The notes beneath the pieces were generated by a model. That model saw nothing but the letters and a program-made list of their open reading frames with translations, was not told where the DNA came from and searched no databases. Positions 14,133 to 21,586 of a DNA stretch of 24,000 nt are shown piece by piece. Source of the DNA: Methanoculleus chikugoensis (GTDB taxonomy: Archaea; Halobacteriota; Methanomicrobia; Methanomicrobiales; Methanoculleaceae); assembly GCF_900095385.1 (NCBI RefSeq), contig NZ_FMID01000061.1, positions 42,808 to 66,807 on the forward strand, in the 5' to 3' direction. Each line of letters begins with the position of its first letter. Within the stretch, counting starts at the first letter, position 1. Made by a program: the position numbers and the translations under genes.

Positions 14133-15193
14133 CGCATGCTCCGGAGGACTTCCCCGAACTCGCTTGCGACGATATCCCGGACGCCGAGGGTCTTCGGGTG
14201 CAGGTCGATCTCGACCATGACGTGCCGGTGCCCCATCTCACGGAGCGGCGCCACCTGCCGGGGTCCGTTCGTGATCGAGAAGACCTCGATGCCTTCCGTG
14301 TACTCCGGCGGGACGGCGTGCGGGACCCCGACGATGAGGGCGAAGTCGGGGTCGATCTCCCGGAGCCGCTCCCCGAGCGCGGGGCCGTTCGCCCCGTACT
14401 CGTCGAGCGCCCCGAGGAGTTCGGGGTCGACCCCGCGCTCCCGCATGCCGGCGAGGATCCGCCCGGCATCCTCCCTGACCTTCGGGAGGCCGCGGTCTTC
14501 GAGGTTCGCGACGTAGGTGACTGCGGCATCCGGGCAGGCGTCGTGGAGCGCGATGAGTTCGTCGGCGAACATGTAGGCGGTCTCTTTCTTCGCGTTCATG
14601 ATGGCGACCCCCGTAGCACCGGAGTCGGCGAGTTCGACGAGGCGCTCTGCCGCGACGTGCTTGAGGTCGCCGCGCTCGGGCTCGATATAGGCCCGGGATG
14701 CCGCTCCCCGCAGCCGCTCGACCTCGTTTGCCTTCGCTAAAAGGTAGCGCTGCCGTTCAAGTTCGTCGGCGCTGATCCAGCCGGCATCGGCCGCGGGCTC
14801 GAGCGTCGCAAGCACCCCGTCGATGTTCTCCCGGAACCCCGCGTGGATATCCACGGCGATCGCCGGGGTCTCGACCCCCGCGTCATGGATCGCGGACTGG
14901 AGGTCCTCCCCGATGATCATCGAGACACACGTCCCGACGACCGCCATCCGGCGGGGCGAGAACGTCTCCTCTGCGTAGCGGAGCACCCGCACCAGCGGAT
15001 CGTGCCCGCCGAAGATGAACTCGTTGTCGGCAAGCGACGTCGTCAGCACCCGCATGCCGTCCTCTTCGAGGAGACGGGCGTGCTTGAACGAGCAGCCCGA
15101 CGGGCCGTGGAGGATCGCCACGTCCACCCCCAGGTCGCGGCCGGTATACAGCGCCGCGACGATAGAACTCGGTCTTGGTTGAATGTAGTCCAT
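14129..15193 (-). CDS. cfbD: Ni-sirohydrochlorin a,c-diamide reductive cyclase, NifD/BchN-like subunit (methanogenesis marker 13)
   Basis: MDYIQPRPSSIVAALYTGRDLGVDVAILHGPSGCSFKHARLLEEDG... shows the nitrogenase-component-1-like fold signature. I prefer the ATG at 15193 to the GTG at 15205 used by the ORF track. It starts 2 nt after the cfbE stop. Confidence 0.85.
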   Translation of the reverse strand: MDYIQPRPSSIVAALYTGRDLGVDVAILHGPSGCSFKHARLLEEDGMRVLTTSLADNEFIFGGHDPLVRVLRYAEETFSPRRMAVVGTCVSMIIGEDLQSAIHDAGVETPAIAVDIHAGFRENIDGVLATLEPAADAGWISADELERQRYLLAKANEVERLRGAASRAYIEPERGDLKHVAAERLVELADSGATGVAIMNAKKETAYMFADELIALHDACPDAAVTYVANLEDRGLPKVREDAGRILAGMRERGVDPELLGALDEYGANGPALGERLREIDPDFALIVGVPHAVPPEYTEGIEVFSITNGPRQVAPLREMGHRHVMVEIDLHPKTLGVRDIVASEFGEVLRSMR

Positions 15194-15195
15194 AC

Positions 15196-16353
15196 TTATC
15201 TCCACGTCTTTACCGCGAGGACGATCGCGCCCGCCGGGGTGAGCGTTCGGGCGGCATCGAGCCCCTCCTCAAGCGTCGCCGCCGGATGCCCCTCCCCGAC
15301 GTAGACCGTCTCCGCAGGGGCGACGGTCGACACCGTCCGCAGGATCTCGTTCCTGGAGAACCCCTCGCAGATCGCCCGCGCCTCCTCGCCGATGACGAGG
15401 GTCAGCGGTGCGCCGCCGGAGAGTTCCCGCGCGTAGCGAGCGGCTTCGATGGTGGTCATCATGTTCGTCCCGCTGTTTGCGTTGTCGACGATCAGGACCT
15501 CTCCCTCCCGCCGGGCCGCCATCCGGCCGGGCAGGGCGGTAAACCGCCCGAGGGGAGAGGGATCGACCCCGAGCACGCAGGCGGCCGCGGCCGCGAGCGC
15601 GAGCGGCGTCCGGTAGCCCGGAAGGGTGCAGAGCGGATTCTCAAACGACCCGGCAATCCCGTTCCCGGCATAGCGGCAGGTCCGCCCCTCGAAGGACACC
15701 GTGCTGTCGGCCGCGACCGTCCCCGGCAGATCGAACCCCGGCGGGAGCACGACCGTCCGCGCCCGGGAGAGCAGCCGGCACTTCTCCGCGATCGCGCTCT
15801 TCTTCCCCGCCGCGACCGGGTAGTCCTCGGCCGAGGTCAGCACCGCCACATCCCCGGCGGCGGCGACCCCAAGCGACTCCTCGGCGACCAGCCAGCCGCC
15901 GATATGTTCCGCCTCGCGAACCGCCGGGAGCAGGGAGGCCGGCGTGATGCTCCTCCTCCAGAGCCGCTCCCGCTCCGGGTAACGGTAGGTCCCGGTCGAG
16001 GTGTGCAGGACGCCGGGCCCCGGCAGGAGCGTTGCGAGGGCGTGGGCGGTTGTGGTCTTCCCCCGCGCCCCGGTGATCTCGATGAAGGGGTGCGGGAGCC
16101 GGCCGCCGTCGAGAACCCGCTTCACCATCTCGTGGTGCGAGACTGCGGGGCCGTGGCGTCGCAGAAGCGGGTGATCGGGATCGAGGTGGACCGGTGCGGT
16201 GACGAGATCGTAGGTCCGGCCGAGCGCCTCCTCGATGGGGATGCCGGCCTGCCCCCGGTAGACGTCCACCTCGTCCACCTGGTGGCCGGCACCACGGAGT
16301 GCTCCGGCGAGTTCCGCCCCGCCGTGGATGGTATCCAGCACCAGGATTCGCAT
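15196..16353 (-). CDS. cfbE: Coenzyme F430 synthetase (Mur-ligase-like)
   Basis: The Mur ligase P-loop ITGARGKTTTAHAL lies in a 385-aa protein that starts MRILVLDTIHGG. It is flanked by cfbA and cfbD in the same orientation with 5-nt and 2-nt gaps. Confidence 0.85.
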   Translation of the reverse strand: MRILVLDTIHGGAELAGALRGAGHQVDEVDVYRGQAGIPIEEALGRTYDLVTAPVHLDPDHPLLRRHGPAVSHHEMVKRVLDGGRLPHPFIEITGARGKTTTAHALATLLPGPGVLHTSTGTYRYPERERLWRRSITPASLLPAVREAEHIGGWLVAEESLGVAAAGDVAVLTSAEDYPVAAGKKSAIAEKCRLLSRARTVVLPPGFDLPGTVAADSTVSFEGRTCRYAGNGIAGSFENPLCTLPGYRTPLALAAAAACVLGVDPSPLGRFTALPGRMAARREGEVLIVDNANSGTNMMTTIEAARYARELSGGAPLTLVIGEEARAICEGFSRNEILRTVSTVAPAETVYVGEGHPAATLEEGLDAARTLTPAGAIVLAVKTWR

Positions 16354-16358
16354 ATCGT

Positions 16359-16766
16359 TCAGGATTTCAGTTCGGCGATCGCGTCGGACGCGTTCTTCAG
16401 CATCAGTTCGGCAAGGAGCGGGTCGCTGCCGATGGGGTTCGCGTAGACGAGCGGCACAGACTTGCCGTTCAGCTGGAACGTGCCGCGCCGCTCTCCTTTC
16501 GGGAGACCGAGGATCTCGGGGATGTCCTGGTTGATGTGGACGCCCTTCGCAAGAAACAGCGGGACGACGACCAGCATATCGATTTTTTCGCTCCGGAACG
16601 CCTCGAGCTGCTCCTCCACCGTCGGGGTGTTGAGGCTCATGAATCCGGGTTTGACGATGTAATCGTCCGTCTTCTCGGCGATGAGTTTTGCGGTGGTCTC
16701 GATGAGTTCCTTATTGTAGGGGAGCTTGCTCCCGTGTCCGACCAGTAACATGCCTTTCATAGTCAT
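16359..16766 (-). CDS. cfbA: Sirohydrochlorin nickelochelatase/cobaltochelatase, small CbiX type
   Basis: GMLLVGHGSKLPYNKELIE...VVVPLFLAKGVHINQDIPEILG is the CbiX(S)/CfbA signature. The ORF-track start is a TTG at 16775. I prefer the ATG at 16766, which lies ~27 nt downstream of an AT-rich TATA region. ATGs at 16760 and 16751 are also possible. Confidence 0.85.
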   Translation of the reverse strand: MTMKGMLLVGHGSKLPYNKELIETTAKLIAEKTDDYIVKPGFMSLNTPTVEEQLEAFRSEKIDMLVVVPLFLAKGVHINQDIPEILGLPKGERRGTFQLNGKSVPLVYANPIGSDPLLAELMLKNASDAIAELKS

Positions 16767-16775
16767 ATAGTACAA

Positions 16776-16841
16776 GGTAATACGATACGATATTAAAATA
16801 ATTACCGATTGTTTTTAAGGCGGGGGTTCAAGATCTATCTG
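16776..16841. promoter_or_regulatory. Bidirectional promoter spacer between cfbA (-) and the Hjc-like gene (+)
   Basis: This 66-nt spacer contains the only AT-rich tract in the area, GATATTAAAATAATTACC (16788-16805). It can serve as a TATA box in either direction. Confidence 0.45.
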
Positions 16842-17337
16842 ATGGCAAACTTCGAACGGGAGATCACCCACTGCATCAACCGATTCTTCACCCACCGGCA
16901 GATCCACGGGTTCGCCTACCGGCTCAACAGAGCAAATTCAATACCCAGTACGTCGATGTCCTCGTGGACTCCCTCGATCCCCGCTACTACCCGGCCATCG
17001 AGTGCAAGTCGATCTCGGGCAAGAAGATCTACTTCTCCCAGCACTTCCACTTCGATAAGAACAACGTCCACCAGATCGACGCAATCACCGACTTCATCAG
17101 GAAGACCGGCGGCCGGGGGTTCCTTGCCGTGGAGTTCCGGTTCGGTGCGGGAGGGCGAAGGAGGCGTACCTCATGCCCTGGGACACGGTGCTCGACTACT
17201 GCGGGAACGTCCCGGGCATCTCGATAGACGATTTCCGGCTCTGTTGTACCCTCGACCGTTCCGGTGAGGAGTACGACCTGCCGGGACTCGATACAAATCA
17301 ATATCCTCTCTCACCGCCAACTGATGGAGAAGTATGA
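16842..17337 (+). pseudogene. Hjc-like (archaeal Holliday-junction-resolvase/restriction-endonuclease fold) gene interrupted by two 1-nt frameshifts
   Basis: Three consecutive frames together give one ~165-aa protein. Segment 1: MANFEREITHCINRFFTHRQIHGFAYRL (16842-16925). Segment 2: QQSKFNTQYVDVLVDSLDPRYYPAIECKSISGKKIYF...GFLAVEFRFGAGG (to ~17155). Segment 3: KEAYLMPWDTVLDY...DGEV (to 17337). The E...D...E-x-K nuclease motif (ERE, VDVLV, IECKS) is intact. The stop overlaps the next gene's ATG (ATGA). Confidence 0.6.
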
Positions 17338-18473
17338 TGGAAGCATATGATCGTTTTGAACTCCTCATAAACGATCGGATCGTGAAAACACCGGTGGCAA
17401 TAGCATCCATGGCCGGTATCGTGGATGCGGCATACGTTCTTGAGCGGGCGGATCACGTCGGGGCGGCGTTCATCGGTGGCTACTCCATCGACGCCCCAAC
17501 CCTCGAAGCAAGCCGGCGGATGGCCGGGGAGGGGCGCAAAGAGTTTTTGTACGACGACCCTCTCGAAGCGCTGGGCCGTGAGATCGACGCCCTGAAACAG
17601 AGCGACGTCGTGACAGGCCTCAACCTCCGCGGGAGCACGCCCGCCTCCTACGCCGGGGTCGCCCGGGCGTTCGAGGACGCGGTGGTCTACGAGATCGACG
17701 CCCACTGCAGGCAGCCGGCGATGCTAAAGATCGGTTGCGGCGAGTATCTCCTCCGGCACCCGGCGAAACTCGTCGAGATCGTCCGGGCGCTGAAAGCCGA
17801 AGACGTGACCGTCTCGGTGAAGATCCGGGCCGGTATTGCTGCCGACGACGCCGCTCTCGCCCGGACCGTCTGGAAGGCGGGAGCGGATATCCTTCACGTC
17901 GACCTGATGGACTTCGGGCACAACAAAGTCCGCCAGATCAGGAACGCCTCCCCTTTGACGCTGATCGCGAACAACTCCATCACCACCTTCGATAAAGCGA
18001 TGGACGCCTTCTCCCACGGGGCCGATCTCGTCTCGCTCGCCCGGAAGTCCGACCCCTGGACGCTTGCCGGCCTCGATGCCGCCATCGCCCGGTCGGCCGA
18101 GGAGGGCGGCTGGTACAACGCCCCGAAACAGCTCTGCCGCGGCGGCGATATCAGGGCGCTTGCCTTCTGCTGCATGCCGGTGAAGGCCTGCCCGCTCCTC
18201 CCGGTCCTTGAGAGGATCGGGCTCTCCCGCGACGACTACCTGAAGTTCAAGCAGGAGGCGGTGAAGGAGACCCCGCTCGAAGACGGGAAGAGCACCTGTT
18301 TCGGGAGCCTTGCCTGGTGCTGCAAGATCAGTTCTCCCTGCATGTTCCGCAACATGACGCTTGAGAAGAAAGGCCTCTCTGCGCGAGAGTACATGCGGTG
18401 CAAGCACCATCTCTCTGAAAAGATCATGCACAGGATATTCGATGAAGAAGAATCCGCCGATGAATCGAGCTGA
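17334..18473 (+). CDS. TIM-barrel (DUS/DHOD-like, probably flavin-dependent) protein with a C-terminal Cys-rich domain resembling 'methanogenesis marker domain 9'
   Basis: The N-terminal ~260 aa show a beta/alpha-barrel pattern (VAIASMAGI, VYEIDAHCRQP, VSVKIRAG, ILHVDLM, LIANNSI, DLVSLAR). The C-terminal ~110 aa carry 9 Cys, including FCCMPVKAC and WCCKISSPC. These resemble the [WFY]CCxxKPC pair I recall from the TIGRFAMs description of marker domain 9. Confidence 0.7.
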   Translation: MMEAYDRFELLINDRIVKTPVAIASMAGIVDAAYVLERADHVGAAFIGGYSIDAPTLEASRRMAGEGRKEFLYDDPLEALGREIDALKQSDVVTGLNLRGSTPASYAGVARAFEDAVVYEIDAHCRQPAMLKIGCGEYLLRHPAKLVEIVRALKAEDVTVSVKIRAGIAADDAALARTVWKAGADILHVDLMDFGHNKVRQIRNASPLTLIANNSITTFDKAMDAFSHGADLVSLARKSDPWTLAGLDAAIARSAEEGGWYNAPKQLCRGGDIRALAFCCMPVKACPLLPVLERIGLSRDDYLKFKQEAVKETPLEDGKSTCFGSLAWCCKISSPCMFRNMTLEKKGLSAREYMRCKHHLSEKIMHRIFDEEESADESS

Positions 18474-19266
18474 ACGTGCGCAGATGGCGATGATGCTCGA
18501 GGTCTCCGCCTACCCGAAACCCGGGAACGTGGACAGGTGCCACGACTACTCGGATACCCGTCTCGAGCACTTCCTCGCTTCGACGATCCTCGCCCGCCCG
18601 GTCTTCGATAAGGCCGAGAAGACCGGCGGCCGGGTCGGGAGCCTCATCCGGGAGGCGGTCATGCGCACGAACGGGCATTCCGGGGGGAACACCCATTTCG
18701 GGGCGTTCATCCTCCTTATCCCCCTCATCCTCGGGGGAGATATCGACGGGGCGCAGAGAGTCGTCGCCGCAACCGGCGTCGATGACGCGGTCGAGTTCTA
18801 CGCGGCGTTCGGCCTCACGAGCGTCCGGATGGCGGAGAGCGACGACCTGGACGTGAACGATCCGGCCTCGGTCGCCGCCATCCGGGAGCGCGGGATGACG
18901 CTTGCCGACGTCATGGCCTACTCGGCGCCCCGGGACATGGTCGCACGGGAATGGACGAACGGGTTCGCCCTGACCCGCCGGTGCGCCGACCTGCTTCACG
19001 CGCACGGGTGCGGCAGGGCGTCGGTCGTCGCGGCGTTCCTCGATCTCCTCGCCACAGAGCCGGACACCTTCATCGCGAAGAAGCACGGGGAGGCCGTGGC
19101 GGAGAGGACGATGCGGTGTGCGGCGGAGGTGCTCGACGGGAGGCGGAACCTTGCCGCCTTCGATGCCGAGTGCGTTGCCGACGGGGTCAACCCGGGCTCG
19201 ATCGCCGACATCACCATCGCCGGGATATACGTGGCGCTCGGGGAGGGATGGCAGTGGGACTGCTGA
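18460..19266 (+). CDS. Triphosphoribosyl-dephospho-CoA synthase (CitG/MdcB)-family protein
   Basis: MNRAERAQMAMMLEVSAYPKPGNVDR...HSGGNTHFGAFILL is the CitG-family signature (PKPG.VdR). Start is the ATG at 18460 or 18442; both overlap the upstream gene's 3' end (stop at 18473). Confidence 0.8.
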   Translation: MNRAERAQMAMMLEVSAYPKPGNVDRCHDYSDTRLEHFLASTILARPVFDKAEKTGGRVGSLIREAVMRTNGHSGGNTHFGAFILLIPLILGGDIDGAQRVVAATGVDDAVEFYAAFGLTSVRMAESDDLDVNDPASVAAIRERGMTLADVMAYSAPRDMVAREWTNGFALTRRCADLLHAHGCGRASVVAAFLDLLATEPDTFIAKKHGEAVAERTMRCAAEVLDGRRNLAAFDAECVADGVNPGSIADITIAGIYVALGEGWQWDC

Positions 19267-19823
19267 CCGAGGGGATCAACGAGGTGATCGCGACCACCGG
19301 CCGAAACGCCGCTCCCATGGGGATCATCAACCGCGGCGGATCCCTGCACATGGTCCTCTTCCGCGGCAGCCACACCGCGAGAAACATCGTCCGGGACCGG
19401 TGGGTGGTGGCGAACTTCGTCTTCGATCCGGTGATCTACGTCCGGACTGCGTTCGACGACCTTCCAATCGATGCATTCGTCTCCGAAGATATCGACGGGA
19501 CGGCCGTCTGCCGCCTCCGCGACGCGGAGGCCTGGGCCGCGTTCGCCGCCGACGTGGAGCGGTCGGGCGACGAGTCGATCGTCGTGCGGCTCAGCCCCCT
19601 GAAAGAGGAGGTGCTCGGTCTCCGGCTGCACCCGGTGAACCGCGGGTTTGCGAGCGTCGTGGAGGCTACGGTTCATGCCACCCGCTACGTTAAGAGCCGC
19701 GACCCGTGGCTCGGGCGGCTGATCGAGCACCACAGCGGCCTCGCCCGGAAGTGCGGCGGCGCCCGGGAACGGGAAGCGCTCGAACTCCTCGAGCGGTATA
19801 TCGCCGACCCGACCCGCGAGTGA
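19248..19823 (+). CDS. DUF447-family protein (split-barrel, flavin-reductase-like fold family)
   Basis: ATG at 19248 is preceded by GGGAGGG and overlaps the CitG-like gene by 19 nt. INEVIATTGRNAAPMGII...VANFVFDP...HPVNRGFASVVEATVHATR fits my memory of DUF447 proteins, which sit next to CitG-like genes in methanogens. Confidence 0.65.
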   Translation: MAVGLLTEGINEVIATTGRNAAPMGIINRGGSLHMVLFRGSHTARNIVRDRWVVANFVFDPVIYVRTAFDDLPIDAFVSEDIDGTAVCRLRDAEAWAAFAADVERSGDESIVVRLSPLKEEVLGLRLHPVNRGFASVVEATVHATRYVKSRDPWLGRLIEHHSGLARKCGGAREREALELLERYIADPTRE

Positions 19824-19903
19824 GAGTCGGGCCCCGTTCGTTCTTTCCGGGAGATGCGTATCCCTTCGCCGCTTTTCCATAATTTTTGGCATATAATAAT
19901 CCC

Positions 19904-19910
19904 TATATAT
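19904..19910 (+). promoter_or_regulatory. TATA box of FAS1 gene 1
   Basis: TATATAT lies in an AT-rich tract (19881-19912), ~42 nt upstream of the ATG at 19952. An SD-like AGGGAGGT lies at 19936-19943. Confidence 0.5.
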
Positions 19911-19951
19911 GAGAACATACCACGAACCGCCCCACAGGGAGGTACCTGGTT

Positions 19952-20398
19952 ATGGCGAAGATCTTTGACACATTGCAGAACGACGGCAGGTTCGGCCGGC
20001 TGACCGAGATTATCCGGACCCTCGGCGAGGATAAGACGCTGCAGGGCGAAGGGCCGATGACGTTCTTTGCCCCGGTCGACTCGGCATGGGACGCGATCCC
20101 CGAGCCGAACCGGTCGATGATCATGAACGATAAACAGATGCTCTCACATCTGATCGACTTCTTCACGATTGGCAATCACAAGTGCACGCTTGAGGCGCTG
20201 CTCAAAAAGAACGTCGTGCAGACCGTCGAAGGAAACAACATCATGGTCAGGAAGACCGATCGGGGTACGCAGGTGGACACGGCCGTCGTACTCGAGGGAG
20301 ACATCGAGGCGGAGAACGGGATCATCCATGTCCTCGACAGCGTCCCCTTTGCGACGCTTGCGCAGGCCGAACAGGCCTACCTGTCGACGAACGTTTGA
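19952..20398 (+). CDS. Single-domain fasciclin (FAS1) protein, paralogue 1, no signal peptide
   Basis: MAKIFDTLQNDGRFGRLTEIIRTLG...GPMTFFAPVDSAWDAIP...NGIIHVLDSV has the FAS1 H1/H2 motifs (TvFaPt..Af, NG.iH.iD.V). Confidence 0.85.
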   Translation: MAKIFDTLQNDGRFGRLTEIIRTLGEDKTLQGEGPMTFFAPVDSAWDAIPEPNRSMIMNDKQMLSHLIDFFTIGNHKCTLEALLKKNVVQTVEGNNIMVRKTDRGTQVDTAVVLEGDIEAENGIIHVLDSVPFATLAQAEQAYLSTNV

Positions 20399-20432
20399 AC
20401 CTGAGCCGGAGAGCATCGTCCGGCCGGAAACC

Positions 20433-20439
20433 TTTTTTT
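20433..20439 (+). terminator. Oligo-T terminator (T7) after FAS1 gene 1
   Basis: CCTTTTTTTC lies 35 nt after the stop at 20398. Confidence 0.5.
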
Positions 20440-20525
20440 CTTCCCGGCAGAAGACAGCGGCAGGATACGGCGCTCTTCTCACCCGGCACCCTCTCCCCGG
20501 GCCGGGAGTATCATGTCCGTAATTT

Positions 20526-20532
20526 TATATAT
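20526..20532 (+). promoter_or_regulatory. TATA box of FAS1 gene 2
   Basis: TATATAT lies 26 nt upstream of the ATG at 20559 (leaderless geometry). The ORF-track ATG at 20541 is only 9 nt from it and is therefore unlikely. Confidence 0.5.
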
Positions 20533-20558
20533 CTAGCCAAATGATCCGGGGGTTACCC

Positions 20559-20987
20559 ATGAAGAGTATCTTTGAGACGGCCCGGGAAGACGGCCGGTTG
20601 AGCACCTCCGTTGCGATGCTGCAGGCCGGAGGGATGGCGGAGGCGCTCCGGGAAGGGGGAGAGTATACTGCGTTGTTCCCAACGAACGAGGCGTACTCCG
20701 GCTTCTCCCGGGAAGCGCTGGACGCCGTCACGGCTGACCGGGAGCGGCTCACGGCCATGATCGGGTATCACGTGATCCGGGGCAAACTCACCATGCACGA
20801 TCTCTCACGGATGGAGGCGATCAGGACGCTGCAGGGCGACTACCTGGAGATCACGGGGCCTCCCGGCGCGGTACGGCTGAACGATGCCGGTGTCATCCAG
20901 CCCGACGTCGAGTGCACGAACGGCATCTACCACGTCATCGACAGGGTGCTCCTGCCGCGCGTGGTCGAGGCGCGGGTGAAGAGATAG
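20559..20987 (+). CDS. Single-domain fasciclin (FAS1) protein, paralogue 2, no signal peptide
   Basis: MKSIFETAREDGRLSTSVAMLQAGG...YTALFPTNEAYSGF...YHVIRGKL...CTNGIYHVIDRVLLP. Confidence 0.85.
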   Translation: MKSIFETAREDGRLSTSVAMLQAGGMAEALREGGEYTALFPTNEAYSGFSREALDAVTADRERLTAMIGYHVIRGKLTMHDLSRMEAIRTLQGDYLEITGPPGAVRLNDAGVIQPDVECTNGIYHVIDRVLLPRVVEARVKR

Positions 20988-21056
20988 GTTCCTCCTTCCC
21001 GGCGGCGCAGATCGGCAGGAGGTCGGTTCTCCGAGCCGTGCGAGATTGTCCGTAGG

Positions 21057-21064
21057 TATATATA
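21057..21064 (+). promoter_or_regulatory. TATA box of FAS1 gene 3
   Basis: TATATATA lies 38 nt upstream of the ATG at 21102. Confidence 0.5.
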
Positions 21065-21101
21065 CTCGTGCCCCTCCAACTCCCGCCGGGAGCTGGTTTG
21101 C

Positions 21102-21533
21102 ATGAAGAGTATCCTCGCGACCCTGCGTGACTCGGGTTCGTTCGACGTCTTTCTCGACCTCGTGCGGGCGGCCGGTATGGAGGAGCGGTTCGAGAGCGAT
21201 GGGCCGTATACGCTCTTTGTCCCGGACGACGATGTCTTCCGGGAGATCCCCCGCCCCGAACTCGAGGCCATCCTCCGGAACGCCGACCGGCTCGGCGATA
21301 TCCTGAACTATCATATCGTCCCCGGAGTGCACTCCATGATCGATCTGCTCGGCATAGGGACGCTCCGGTCGCTCCAGGGCGATGACCTGACCGTGGAGGT
21401 TGCGCCGGAGGGGGTGCTGGTCAACGGTGCAATGGTCGTGGAGTCCGATGCATGGTGCACCAACGGGATCTGCCACGCGGTCTCCGCACTGCTCCTGCCG
21501 CCCGTTGCAAGAACGGTCGCCGCACGCGGGTAG
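21102..21533 (+). CDS. Single-domain fasciclin (FAS1) protein, paralogue 3, no signal peptide
   Basis: MKSILATLRDSGSFDVFLDLVRAAGME...GPYTLFVPDDDVFREIP...YHIVPG...CTNGICHAVSALLLP. Confidence 0.85.
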   Translation: MKSILATLRDSGSFDVFLDLVRAAGMEERFESDGPYTLFVPDDDVFREIPRPELEAILRNADRLGDILNYHIVPGVHSMIDLLGIGTLRSLQGDDLTVEVAPEGVLVNGAMVVESDAWCTNGICHAVSALLLPPVARTVAARG

Positions 21534-21541
21534 CCGGAACG

Positions 21542-21550
21542 TATAAATAA
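21542..21550 (+). promoter_or_regulatory. TATA box of FAS1 gene 4
   Basis: TATAAATAA lies 37 nt upstream of the ATG at 21587. An SD-like GGAGAGAG lies at 21575-21582. Confidence 0.5.
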
Positions 21551-21586
21551 TCCGGTACGGTTAGTGGTGCGCGTGGAGAGAGCAGC

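Noticed and set aside
12543-16748. Long ORFs antisense to, or in other frames of, ilvE/cfbB/cfbD/cfbE/cfbA: 12543..13691(+), 13336..14529(-), 13806..14516(+), 14198..14740(+), 14843..15304(+), 15175..16446(+), 16299..16748(+).
   Set aside because: Their translations are extremely R/P/G/A-rich and lack recognisable motifs. The overlapping cfb and ilvE frames carry canonical family signatures and operon-style junctions.
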